Shown here: positions 1-8,918 of the stretch, one piece after another
How positions within the stretch are numbered: position 1 is the stretch's first letter
Layout: every line of letters starts with the position of its first letter
Assembly: GCA_963825055.1 (NCBI GenBank)
Contig: CAWGSK010000008.1
Span: 32,001-96,000 of the forward strand
Origin: an uncultured Gemmatimonadales bacterium
GTDB taxonomy: Bacteria > Gemmatimonadota > Gemmatimonadetes > Gemmatimonadales > GWC2-71-9
Length of the DNA stretch: 64,000 bases
Reading direction: 5' to 3'
Position numbers and translations under genes: made by a program
The notes under the pieces: generated by a model
What the model was told of the DNA's origin: nothing
Database searches by the model: none
What the model saw: the letters and a program-made list of their open reading frames with translations, nothing else

Positions 1-58
1 GACCGCCACGACCGCCCTGTTCACGACCGCCCTCTTTGCGTTTACGTTTCTCCCCTTC

Positions 59-1168
59 ATGGCCAAAGCCCTCTCCCCAAAGCTCCTGCTTCGCGGCTTC
101 GAGGTCTTCCTCCTCATTTCCCTCGTGGGGTACGGGGCGGTCCTGGCCTATGGCAACAACCTGCCGCTGTTCCTCGAGTCCCTGAAGAACATCCACTTCA
201 TATGGCTGGTGGTCGGCCTGGGCCTGGCCTCGATGGACTGGCTGGGCGGGGGGCTGCGGCTCTGGATCGTGGCCCGGCAGATCCACCCGGACCCGCCGCT
301 CAAGGGGATGATCCTGGCGGGGGGCATGAGCGCCTGGGCCGCCTACCTGACGCCGCTCCAGTCCGGCGCCGGGCCGATGATGATCTACACGATGAAGCGC
401 TATGGCGTGAGCGTCCCGGTGGCGATGACCTCCACCCTGATGACCTTCATTGCCACGGTGGCCTTCTTCGCTATCGCCGGCCCGCTGGCGATCATCTTCG
501 GGGCCGGGCGTTCGCTGGGGGAGAAGGGCAACGTCCTCGGGCTGTCCCTGTACGACCTCTTCCTCGGCAGCCTGACCATCTTCGCCGGCCTCGGTGTGCT
601 GCTGGTGATCGTGATCGTGTTCCCCCGGCTGGTGCGGGACCTCCTCACGAAACTGACCGAAAAGATCGGTGGCCGGAGTCGGCGGGTGGCCCGGCGGGTC
701 GAGCGACTCCGGGCCGGGCTGGACGAGGCCCACCACAGCGTCGTCGCCTTCAATACGCCGAAGGGCTGGCTCTCGCTCGTCCTGGCAACGATTCTCTCCG
801 CGCCCTCCCATGCCAACAAGTTGCTGGCCGGATACGTCGCCCTGCGGGCCGTCGGGGTGCACGCCAACTTCGTGGACGTGCTCCTCGTGCAGACCCTGAT
901 CACCTTCCTGCTCTACTTCGCCCCGACGCCGGGCGCCTCCGGCATCGCCGAGCTGCTCTCCGCGACGGTCATGACCGTGTACCTGCCGAGGGCCCTGACA
1001 CCGCTGTACACGATCATCTGGCGGATGATCCTGAGCTACTACACCCTCGCCTTCGGGTTCTTCGTATTCAGCTGGTGGGTCCGCAAGGGCCTCAAGGACC
1101 TGGGCGAGACCACCGCCGGGGTCGGCGAACACCCGATGGCCCTCCCGACAGGGCCCGAAGGCCCGTGA
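59..1168 (+). CDS. Lysylphosphatidylglycerol synthase TM-domain / flippase-like membrane protein (UPF0104-like)
   Basis: 369-aa polytopic membrane ORF with TP..SGAGP and PTPGASGIAE motifs typical of the family. Confidence 0.8.
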   Translation: MAKALSPKLLLRGFEVFLLISLVGYGAVLAYGNNLPLFLESLKNIHFIWLVVGLGLASMDWLGGGLRLWIVARQIHPDPPLKGMILAGGMSAWAAYLTPLQSGAGPMMIYTMKRYGVSVPVAMTSTLMTFIATVAFFAIAGPLAIIFGAGRSLGEKGNVLGLSLYDLFLGSLTIFAGLGVLLVIVIVFPRLVRDLLTKLTEKIGGRSRRVARRVERLRAGLDEAHHSVVAFNTPKGWLSLVLATILSAPSHANKLLAGYVALRAVGVHANFVDVLLVQTLITFLLYFAPTPGASGIAELLSATVMTVYLPRALTPLYTIIWRMILSYYTLAFGFFVFSWWVRKGLKDLGETTAGVGEHPMALPTGPEGP

Positions 1169-2955
1169 CGGCGCCGGGCCATCCGGAAGAGGAGGTCGCC
1201 GGGTACGACGCGGACCTGCTGCGGCGCCTGTTGCGCTACCTTCGCCCCTACCGGCTGAACGTGGCGGTGGCGGTGGTCCTCCTCCTGGCCAGCGCCGGGC
1301 TCACCCTCGTGGGACCGATTCTCACCCAGAAGGCGCTCGACGTGGCCGTGCCGGCCCGTGACGCGGGGCTCCTCACCGTCCTCGCGCTGTTTTTCCTGGG
1401 CTCGCTCGCCCTGGACCTCTTCGTCAGCTATGGCAGCAACCTGCTGACGACGTTCATTGGCCAGCGCGTCATGTACGACCTCCGGCTGGAGGTCTTCGGG
1501 CACCTGCAGCGGCTGAGTATCCCGTACTTTGACCGCAACCCGGTCGGCCGGCTGATGACACGGGTCACCAGTGATATCGAGACCCTGAACGAGCTGTTCA
1601 GCAGCGGGGTGGTCACCGTGTTCGGCGACGTATTTACCCTCGCTGCCATCATGGCGATGATGCTCCTGGCCGAGTGGCGGCTGGCCCTGGTTGCCTTCGC
1701 GGTGATACCACTGGTCGCGCTCTCGGCGGCGATCTTCAGGAAAAAGGTCCGGACCGCCTTCCAGGACATCCGGATCCGGCTCGCCCGGCTCAACAGCTAC
1801 CTGCAGGAGCACCTGGGCGGAGTGCGGGTCGTCCAGCTCTTCAATCGAGAGAAGGCCGCGGCCCGGGACTTCGAGTCGGTCAACCGGAGCTACCTCGAGG
1901 CCCACCTCCGGGGGATCCGGCTCTATGCCGTGTTCTTCCCGGTCATCGAGGTGCTGACGTCGGTTGCGGTCGCCCTGCTCCTCTTCTACGGCGGCCTCAA
2001 GAGCCTGGGGGGAGGGTTGACGGTCGGAATCCTGGCAGCCTTCATCCAGTTGACGCGCCGCTTCTTCCAGCCCCTCCAGGACCTCTCGGAGAAGTACAAC
2101 CTGCTCCAGAGCGCGATGGCCAGCTCCGAGCGGGTCTTCCGGCTGCTGGACACGCCGGTGACGGTGGCCGAGCCCGTCGGGCCGCGTCCCCTGGCCGAGC
2201 CGGTCCGGGGCGAAGTCGTCTTCGAGCACGTCTGGTTCCGCTACAGCCCCGACGGCCCCTGGGTCCTGAAGGACGTATCCTTCACCGCGACGCCCGGGCG
2301 GACTGTCGCACTTGTCGGGCACACCGGGGCGGGGAAGACCACCGTCATCAATCTGCTGCTCCGGTTCTACGACCCGGAGCGGGGCCGTATCCTGGTGGAC
2401 GGGGTGGATCTCCGCGAGATCTCGACCCACGACCTGCGCGGCCTGATCGGCTTCGTGCAGCAGGATCTCTTCCTCTTCACGGGTGACATCCTGCACAACC
2501 TTACGCTTGATGCGCCGGTGACCCGGGATGTTGCCGAGCTGGCCGCGGGCCGGGTGGGAGCGGACCGGTTCATCCGGAGGCTGCCGGCGGGGTATGGACA
2601 TGTGCTGGGGGAGCGGGGGCGGAGCCTGAGCGTCGGGGAGCGCCAGCTCCTGAGCTTTGCCCGCGCGCTGGCGCTCGATCCCCGGATCCTCGTGCTGGAC
2701 GAGGCGACCAGCTCGGTGGACACCGAATCCGAGGCCCAGATCCAGGATGCGATCGGTGAACTGATGCGGGGGCGGACGAACATCGTCGTCGCCCACCGCC
2801 TGAGCACGATCCTCCACGCCGACGAGATCCTCGTCATGCACCACGGGGAGATCCGGGAACGGGGGCCGCACCGCGCCCTGCTGGACCAGGGTGGGCTCTA
2901 CTGGAAACTGTACCAGTTGCAGTTGAGCGGGCCGGAATCGGTGCGGAGCGCGTAA
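1165..2955 (+). CDS. ABC exporter, fused permease/ATPase (MdlB/MsbA-like)
   Basis: GTG start overlapping the upstream TGA; TMD followed by Walker A GHTGAGKT, signature LSVGERQ and Walker B ILVLDEATS. Confidence 0.92.
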   Translation: MTAPGHPEEEVAGYDADLLRRLLRYLRPYRLNVAVAVVLLLASAGLTLVGPILTQKALDVAVPARDAGLLTVLALFFLGSLALDLFVSYGSNLLTTFIGQRVMYDLRLEVFGHLQRLSIPYFDRNPVGRLMTRVTSDIETLNELFSSGVVTVFGDVFTLAAIMAMMLLAEWRLALVAFAVIPLVALSAAIFRKKVRTAFQDIRIRLARLNSYLQEHLGGVRVVQLFNREKAAARDFESVNRSYLEAHLRGIRLYAVFFPVIEVLTSVAVALLLFYGGLKSLGGGLTVGILAAFIQLTRRFFQPLQDLSEKYNLLQSAMASSERVFRLLDTPVTVAEPVGPRPLAEPVRGEVVFEHVWFRYSPDGPWVLKDVSFTATPGRTVALVGHTGAGKTTVINLLLRFYDPERGRILVDGVDLREISTHDLRGLIGFVQQDLFLFTGDILHNLTLDAPVTRDVAELAAGRVGADRFIRRLPAGYGHVLGERGRSLSVGERQLLSFARALALDPRILVLDEATSSVDTESEAQIQDAIGELMRGRTNIVVAHRLSTILHADEILVMHHGEIRERGPHRALLDQGGLYWKLYQLQLSGPESVRSA

Positions 2956-3027
2956 GGTGCGTTCCCTTGTCCGGTTACAGCGCCCCGGGTACGTTATTCC
3001 GTTACACTGGATTCGCGGGATTGAGCC

Positions 3028-4455
3028 ATGATGCAGCTCGAAATCGGCGGAGAACGCCACGTCGTCCCCGACGGCGAGACGACCATCGGGTCAGATCCTG
3101 CCTCGAGCATCATGCTCGAAGGTGGGGATGTCGAGCCGCGCCACGCCGTCGTGGCCAGCCGGCCCGGGGTGGTGGCTATCCGCCGCGCCTCACCCATCGC
3201 CCATGTAACGGTGAACGGGATCCAGCTGGGGCAGGAGCCGACGCCGGTGCTCCACGGCGACCGGATCCGGGTAGGGGGCCATGAGATCCGGGTTGTGGAT
3301 ACCAGCAGGGTCGGCAGTACCCAGTTTGCCCGGGCTGTGACGCCGCGCGGGCCCGACGGTCCGCCCCTGGACGGGACGGACCCCCCGGTGGACGGACTCA
3401 CCGCGGGGCGGCTGGTCTCCCTGACCGACGGCCGCGAATACTCCGTCACCAGGGGCCTGGTTCTGGGCCGTGATGCCGACTGTGACGTGGTCATCGAGCA
3501 TAACCAGGTCTCCCGGCGTCATGCCGAGGTGCGCCGCACCGCCTCCGGATACGAGATCGTTGACCTCAGCACCAACGGGACGTTTGTTAACGATGAACGG
3601 GTGAGCGGCCGCCGGCCGCTGGCCCGGGCGGACCTGATCCGCCTCGGCACCCATGAATTCCGCTTTTACGCCGACGAGAAGGACGAGGCGGACAGGACGG
3701 ACAGGACGGACGAGGCGGCCCAGGCGGAAAAGGCGGACGAGGCGGTCGAGGTGGCCCCTCCGCCCCCACCCCCGCCCCCGCCCGTACATCCGCCGCTCCC
3801 ATCCCCGCCGCCGGGTGCCAGCGAGCGGCTGAACGACACGCTCTTCGGTGCGCCGGTCACGCCGGGGCGGGTGCCCCGGGCGGTCGCCCCCGCCGCGCCC
3901 CAGGCGCCCCCCGTGATCGCCTCGTTTCTCGTGCGGAGCGGCCCCCTCCGGGGGACCCGGCTGGCCGTGCGGGCCCCGGTGGTCAACATCGGCCGGAACG
4001 ACTATAACGACCTCGTCGTGTCGGATGAGAGCGTGAGTGGCAACCACGCCAAACTGCAGCGACGTGAGGGGATCTGGATCCTGACGGACCTCGGCAGCAC
4101 CAATGGGACGTACGTCGACGAGGAGAAGGTGATCGGCGAATACCCGCTCGCGCCGGGGGCCGGCGTCCGCTTCGGCCGGGTACAGACCCTGTTCGAACCG
4201 AGCGATGACGCCCTGGGAGTCGCTCCGGCGGGTGGCGGTACGCGGATCATGCCCCAGATGGCGCAGGGTCAACCGGCCGCGGCGGTCGAGCCCGCTGCCG
4301 CTCCCGTGGATGCCTCCGAGGCCAGACCCGCCCCGGCGCGTAAGGGCCCTGTGGTGGTGACAGGGGGGCCGTCCGCCCCGACGTCCCGCTGGCTGGCCCC
4401 ACTCCTCATCCTGGCGGCCGCGCTGGCCCTCGCCAGTTACTGCTTCCTCATCTAG
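3028..4455 (+). CDS. Multi-FHA-domain protein with Pro-rich linker and C-terminal membrane anchor
   Basis: Three FHA-like modules (GR...SRRHA...STNGTFVN; GR...SGNHA...STNGTYV; a degenerate first copy); hydrophobic C-terminus. Confidence 0.85.
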   Translation: MMQLEIGGERHVVPDGETTIGSDPASSIMLEGGDVEPRHAVVASRPGVVAIRRASPIAHVTVNGIQLGQEPTPVLHGDRIRVGGHEIRVVDTSRVGSTQFARAVTPRGPDGPPLDGTDPPVDGLTAGRLVSLTDGREYSVTRGLVLGRDADCDVVIEHNQVSRRHAEVRRTASGYEIVDLSTNGTFVNDERVSGRRPLARADLIRLGTHEFRFYADEKDEADRTDRTDEAAQAEKADEAVEVAPPPPPPPPPVHPPLPSPPPGASERLNDTLFGAPVTPGRVPRAVAPAAPQAPPVIASFLVRSGPLRGTRLAVRAPVVNIGRNDYNDLVVSDESVSGNHAKLQRREGIWILTDLGSTNGTYVDEEKVIGEYPLAPGAGVRFGRVQTLFEPSDDALGVAPAGGGTRIMPQMAQGQPAAAVEPAAAPVDASEARPAPARKGPVVVTGGPSAPTSRWLAPLLILAAALALASYCFLI

Positions 4456-4468
4456 CGAGCGATTCCAC

Positions 4469-5254
4469 GTGCGTTTCTCCTGTGCGGCCCGCACCGACGT
4501 CGGGATCGTCCGGTCCGGGAATGAGGACAGCTACCTGATGCAGGCAGACCGCGGCCTGTTCATCGTGGCGGATGGCATGGGAGGGCACGCGGCGGGGGAG
4601 GTCGCGAGCGAGATGGCAGTCCAGACGGTTGCGGACACCCTGGGGACGCTCCGGGGGGTGGCGGACGAGGAAATGTCCGAGCGGCTCCGGAATGCGATCC
4701 GCTCCGCCAACGAGGCCATTTTCGGCCGGACGCTCACCGAACAGGACAAGCGGGGAATGGGGACCACGGTCACGGCCCTGGTGCTCCGCCCCAGGCGCTA
4801 CCTCATCGGGCAGGTGGGCGACAGCCGGGCCTACCTGCTTCGTGACGGGAGGATGCTACAGCTCACCAAGGACCATTCCTACGTGCAGGAACAGGTCGAT
4901 GCGGGCCTGCTCACCCAGGAGCAGGCCCGTGTGCATCCGTACAGCAACGTGATCACGCGGTGTGTCGGGGCAGGCGAGGACGTCATCCCCGATGTGTACT
5001 ATGGGTCGCTCCGGAAGGGCGACCTGCTGTTGCTCGCCTCCGATGGACTCACCGGCATGCTGGAGGACGAGCAGCTGACCAAGATCCTGGAGGGTGCCGG
5101 CGAGCCGCAGCAGTGGGTGGACCGGATGATCACCGAGGCCAACCGTCGCGGCGGCCTCGACAACATCACGGCGATCGTCATCCGGATCGACGCCGTGGAC
5201 TCACCGTCCGGCGAGCACCCCGCCGTTCCCGTCGGCGCCCGCCGCGGGGAGTGA
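4469..5254 (+). CDS. PP2C-family Ser/Thr phosphatase (Stp1/PrpC type)
   Basis: Motifs NEDS, VADGMGGH, GDSRAY, SDGLT and GGLDNIT. Confidence 0.93.
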   Translation: MRFSCAARTDVGIVRSGNEDSYLMQADRGLFIVADGMGGHAAGEVASEMAVQTVADTLGTLRGVADEEMSERLRNAIRSANEAIFGRTLTEQDKRGMGTTVTALVLRPRRYLIGQVGDSRAYLLRDGRMLQLTKDHSYVQEQVDAGLLTQEQARVHPYSNVITRCVGAGEDVIPDVYYGSLRKGDLLLLASDGLTGMLEDEQLTKILEGAGEPQQWVDRMITEANRRGGLDNITAIVIRIDAVDSPSGEHPAVPVGARRGE

Positions 5255-6208
5255 ACTCCCGCCGCCGGCCGCCGCCAGCGCGCGGCCGGCCGGCACCAGG
5301 ACCGTCCGCAAGCGCTCCACCTGGTCGAAGAACGCCTCGCGGTCCACCGTCGCGACGGGATCGCCCGCGCCGGTCTCCACCTGTCTCGGATTCCTTGCCA
5401 CGCCGTTGACCCGGATCTCGAAGTGCAGATGCGGTCCGGTGGCGAGGCCCGTCTGCCCGACGAGGCCGATGCGCTGCCCCTGGGTGACGTGGCTTCCCTT
5501 GCGGATGCCCGGCGCGTAGGCACGCAGGTGCGCATACCGCGTGACCATGCCGTTCTCGTGCCGGATCTCGATCATATTGCCATAGCCCCCCGCCCGGCCG
5601 ATCCGCTGGATGACACCGTCGCCTGCCGCCATGACCGGCGTGCCTGAGGCGGCGGCGTAGTCGATGCCCTCATGCCGGCGCATGAGGCCGAGGATCGGGT
5701 GGTAACGGCCGGAACTGAAGGGTGAGCTGACGCGGCGGAACTGGAGCGGGACCCGGAGGAATGCCCGGCGCATGGAGACGCCGTCCTCGTCGTAGTAGGC
5801 CGTCCGGCCCTGCGAGTCGTCGAATTCGTAAGCGACGAAGGTCTTGTTCCCCAGCCGGATTTCGGCCGCGAGGAGGCGGCCATAGCGCACCTCCCCAAAG
5901 GGCAGCAGCAACCGCTCGAACACGATCCGGTAGGTTCCGCCGAGCTGCAGGTCGTGCGTAAAGTCCGTTTCCCACCGGAAGACGTCGGCCAGCTCCCACG
6001 CCATGTATTCGCGTTCCCGGCCGTTCAGGATGCTGTCGGGAATGGCCCGGGCCAGGGTGGCGTAGAGCGTGGGCTCGAACGCGCCCTGGATGCGAAGGGT
6101 CTGCGGGACCCAGTTCGCATCCGAGGCCCGTGCCTGTGGGGCCCACGGCCCCAGCAGGCACGGCAGCAGCACGAGCAACAGGCGGACCGACTTCCATATG
6201 CGGAGCAT
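5201..6208 (-). CDS. M23 family peptidoglycan DD-endopeptidase (MepM-like)
   Basis: Signal-peptide-like start MLRIWKS; HEGIDY, YAHL and TGPHLHFE zinc motifs. Confidence 0.88.
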   Translation of the reverse strand: MLRIWKSVRLLLVLLPCLLGPWAPQARASDANWVPQTLRIQGAFEPTLYATLARAIPDSILNGREREYMAWELADVFRWETDFTHDLQLGGTYRIVFERLLLPFGEVRYGRLLAAEIRLGNKTFVAYEFDDSQGRTAYYDEDGVSMRRAFLRVPLQFRRVSSPFSSGRYHPILGLMRRHEGIDYAAASGTPVMAAGDGVIQRIGRAGGYGNMIEIRHENGMVTRYAHLRAYAPGIRKGSHVTQGQRIGLVGQTGLATGPHLHFEIRVNGVARNPRQVETGAGDPVATVDREAFFDQVERLRTVLVPAGRALAAAGGGSSLPAAGADGNGGVLAGR

Positions 6209-6289
6209 GGCGCTTCCCCGGAGACACGTTGGGCGGTCCGGGTGCCGGTACCGGCACCCGAAAACTGCGATTCCGGGTACTATAAGGAG

Positions 6290-6305
6290 GCAGGAGGCGT
6301 GCCAG
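6290..6305 (-). promoter_or_regulatory. Putative sigma54 (-24/-12) promoter for the M23 peptidase
   Basis: Minus strand CTGGCACGCCTCCTGC = GG-N10-GC with the TGGCACG core. Confidence 0.55.
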
Positions 6306-6329
6306 CAGAGACGCAATTCCATGCATAGC

Positions 6330-6362
6330 GCAATAATTTGCACGCATGGTGCAAATTATTGC
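6330..6362. promoter_or_regulatory. Perfect 14-bp inverted repeat, candidate transcription-factor operator
   Basis: GCAATAATTTGCAC-N5-GTGCAAATTATTGC in an AT-rich intergenic patch. Confidence 0.6.
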
Positions 6363-6480
6363 TGCTTAATGAATTACAATTGTTGATGACGTGGTGAAAT
6401 GTGCAAAAGTGGATGTTCTAGTTACAGGCCACTGATGGGCTCATGGAGGGTGCAGGGAACAGGCAATTTCCGGCTATGCC

Positions 6481-6900
6481 TCAGCCTCCGTAGATCCAGC
6501 CGGTGATCCCGCCATAGACCAGGTGGGCCAGCAGACTGCCGGCGAGCAGTTCGACGTTACCGCGGGAGAAGGGGCCTCCGCCCGTCAGGGGAAGGAAAGT
6601 CACCTGGGCGACGACGAACACCATCCCGCCGTAGACCAGTCCGCGCACCAGTGCAGCACCGGGCAGGCGCCGCACAAACCACCGGGCGTAGATCAGGGCC
6701 AGCAGGGCGCCGGTCGTAAAGTGAATGATCCAGCCGGCCGTGGGGCCGACCGGAAGGTGGGCGGAGGCGCTGCCCAGGGAGGTGCTCAGGATCTGCCCGA
6801 TGGCGATGCGGGGGAGCCCGACCGACGGTTCCACCAGCAGCAGGGCGGTCATGGCCGCGGTCCCGATCAGGCCCGCCGCGACGGCGCGGGCGGGGTTCAT
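6481..6900 (-). CDS. Small 4-TM membrane protein (DUF1440/DUF6789-like)
   Basis: Hydrophobic ORF with GWIIHF and AHLVYG His motifs; lies downstream of the cytochrome c gene. Confidence 0.65.
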   Translation of the reverse strand: MNPARAVAAGLIGTAAMTALLLVEPSVGLPRIAIGQILSTSLGSASAHLPVGPTAGWIIHFTTGALLALIYARWFVRRLPGAALVRGLVYGGMVFVVAQVTFLPLTGGGPFSRGNVELLAGSLLAHLVYGGITGWIYGG

Positions 6901-6935
6901 GCCGCTTCCAGCGCGCCCGGGGCCCCGGGGGTCCG

Positions 6936-7334
6936 TCATGGCCTGGCCTGCCCGTGGCTCACCGCGTACACGTACGCGGCGACGATGAAGACCTGCGACT
7001 CATTGATCCCCCCGGGGTGGGCCACCATGATCGTGCCGGGATTGCCGTGATCGATGCGCCCGAGGATGGCGGCGAAGGTGCCGTCGATGTGCTTCCAGTG
7101 CGGGCCGTCCAACCCGGGCGCGACCGGGCCGCCCTGCAGGTTGTTCCCGTGACAGGCGTAACACGTACCCTTGCCATGGAAAAGTTTCCGGCCCGCTTCG
7201 ATGATTGCAGGGGACATGAGCGCTGAATCCGGGGCTTCCCCGCGCCGTGTGGTATCCACGGCCTGGGCCCGGGCCTCGGCGGCACCGGCGGCCATCATAC
7301 CTGCCAGGAGGAACGCGACCCGCACTCCACGCAT
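6936..7334 (-). CDS. Periplasmic monoheme cytochrome c
   Basis: Signal peptide (AEARA-Q), CYACH heme motif and a downstream Met (GTIMVAH). Confidence 0.85.
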   Translation of the reverse strand: MRGVRVAFLLAGMMAAGAAEARAQAVDTTRRGEAPDSALMSPAIIEAGRKLFHGKGTCYACHGNNLQGGPVAPGLDGPHWKHIDGTFAAILGRIDHGNPGTIMVAHPGGINESQVFIVAAYVYAVSHGQARP

Positions 7335-7411
7335 CAGATGCACCATACACAGGGAATGCCAAAGGATACCCTGCCGAACCCGAGCGCACAATCACGGCCC
7401 CTCAGGAATCT

Positions 7412-7438
7412 TTCACACTGCATTCACGCCCGCTTCAC
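7412..7438 (+). promoter_or_regulatory. Three TTCAC direct repeats at 11-bp period (OmpR/PhoB-family-like box)
   Basis: TTCAC at 7412, 7423 and 7434, in the divergent promoter region between the two cytochrome genes. Confidence 0.5.
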
Positions 7439-7482
7439 GTAGCTCGCATATGTAGAAGCATCCCTGACCTCGGAGGCACCCC

Positions 7483-8862
7483 GTGCCCCGGTTCCATCGG
7501 CTGGTTCCCTTCCTCTGCCTGCTGCTCATCGCCCAACCGGCATCGGCCACTGACCGACTGCACGACCTCGCGCGCGCCTATGTCGCCGCCTTCACCGGGA
7601 CGGCTCATGCGGTCCCGAGCTACGCCCGGCAGACGGGGCTCGCCTGCAGTGCCTGCCACTACCAGTTCCTGACCCTGACACCCTTCGGGCGCCAGTTCAA
7701 GCTCGGCGGGTACACGTTCACGAACCAGGTTGTGCTGGGCGAACCGGACTCCACGAACGGGGGGCGCCTGGGCCTCAATCCGTTCTCCATGCTGTCCGCC
7801 ATGGCCACGGCGTCGGTGACGCACACCAGCGATGACCTCCCGGATACGCAGAACGACGCGGCCGAATTGCCCCAGGAACTCAGCGGATTCCTCGCCGGCC
7901 GGATCTCGCCCAAGATCGGGCTGTTCTCCCAGTTTACGTACGCGGGGCCCGACGGCGCCTTCGGCATCGACAATGTCGAGATCCGCTTCGCCGACATGGC
8001 CTCCCTGGGTGGGCGCGAAATGGCCTACGGCTTCACGCTCAACAACAATCCGGGCGTCCAGGACCCCTGGAATACGCTGCCGGCATGGGGCTTCCCCTTC
8101 ATTGGCTCCGAAATCGCCCCCGGTGGTGCGGCCGCCCCGATGATCGACGGCGGGCTTTCCCAGAATGTGCTGGGACTCGGCACCTACGCCCTCCTGGGGA
8201 ACCTGGTCTACGGCGAGGTGACGGTCTATCGCTCAGCCTTCCAGGGCGAAGCCGCCCCGTCATCGGCTACCGGTGCCATCAATGGGGTGGCGCCCTACTG
8301 GCGACTGGCCCTGCAGAAGCAGTGGGACCACAAGTACCTGATGGTCGGCACCGTCGGCCTCCATACCAGTCTCTTCCCGGGGACGCTGAGTGGCCCGCGT
8401 GACACCTACTCCGATGTGGGCGTTGATGCCCAGTTCGAGTCCGGTGTGGGGAGTGGCAATCTGGTGGTGCGGGGAAGCTGGATTCACGAGAACCAGACGC
8501 TCGACGCCACCTTTGCCGACGGTGGGTCGGCCAACCGCAAGAACACGCTGAAGAGCCTGCGGATCAATGCCAGCTACTACCCCCGCCAGTGGCTGGGCCT
8601 GACCGGAGGGTACTTCGACACGCGCGGGTCTGTGGATCCCGGGCTGTACGCGCCGGGGGACGTGGAAGGAAGCGCGAACGGTGATCCCCGGACGAGCGGG
8701 CTGATGGGGGAAGTGGACCTCAACCCGTGGGAAAACACGCGTATCGGCGTGCAGTATACCAGCTACTCCAGGTTCAACGGCGGGAAGAGCGACTATGACG
8801 GATTCGGCCGGAGTGCCTCCGGCAACAACACACTCTACGGATTCGTGTGGCTCGTGTTCTGA
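7483..8862 (+). CDS. Cyc2-like fused cytochrome c / outer-membrane porin
   Basis: Signal peptide, then PSYARQTGLACSACH..LTPFGRQFKLGGY; C-terminal amphipathic beta-strands ending in WLVF. Confidence 0.8.
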   Translation: MPRFHRLVPFLCLLLIAQPASATDRLHDLARAYVAAFTGTAHAVPSYARQTGLACSACHYQFLTLTPFGRQFKLGGYTFTNQVVLGEPDSTNGGRLGLNPFSMLSAMATASVTHTSDDLPDTQNDAAELPQELSGFLAGRISPKIGLFSQFTYAGPDGAFGIDNVEIRFADMASLGGREMAYGFTLNNNPGVQDPWNTLPAWGFPFIGSEIAPGGAAAPMIDGGLSQNVLGLGTYALLGNLVYGEVTVYRSAFQGEAAPSSATGAINGVAPYWRLALQKQWDHKYLMVGTVGLHTSLFPGTLSGPRDTYSDVGVDAQFESGVGSGNLVVRGSWIHENQTLDATFADGGSANRKNTLKSLRINASYYPRQWLGLTGGYFDTRGSVDPGLYAPGDVEGSANGDPRTSGLMGEVDLNPWENTRIGVQYTSYSRFNGGKSDYDGFGRSASGNNTLYGFVWLVF

Positions 8863-8870
8863 CGTCCATC

Positions 8871-8918
8871 GGGTGAGTGGCGGGTCCGGGCGCATCCCGG
8901 ACCCGCCTCCCCTCACCC
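8871..8918. terminator. Hairpin between convergent genes, probably a bidirectional terminator
   Basis: GGCGGGTCCGGG-N5-CCCGGACCCGCC stem, extended by GGGTGAG/CTCACCC. Confidence 0.6.

Noticed and set aside
202..1164. N-terminal extension of the 917-aa ABC transporter ORF
   Set aside because: It overlaps the real 59-1168 gene in another frame; ABC homology begins at the GTG at 1165.
5201..5254. Functional significance of the 54-bp convergent overlap between the PP2C and M23 genes
   Set aside because: Both tails are low-complexity; stop-codon drift or an indel explains it adequately.
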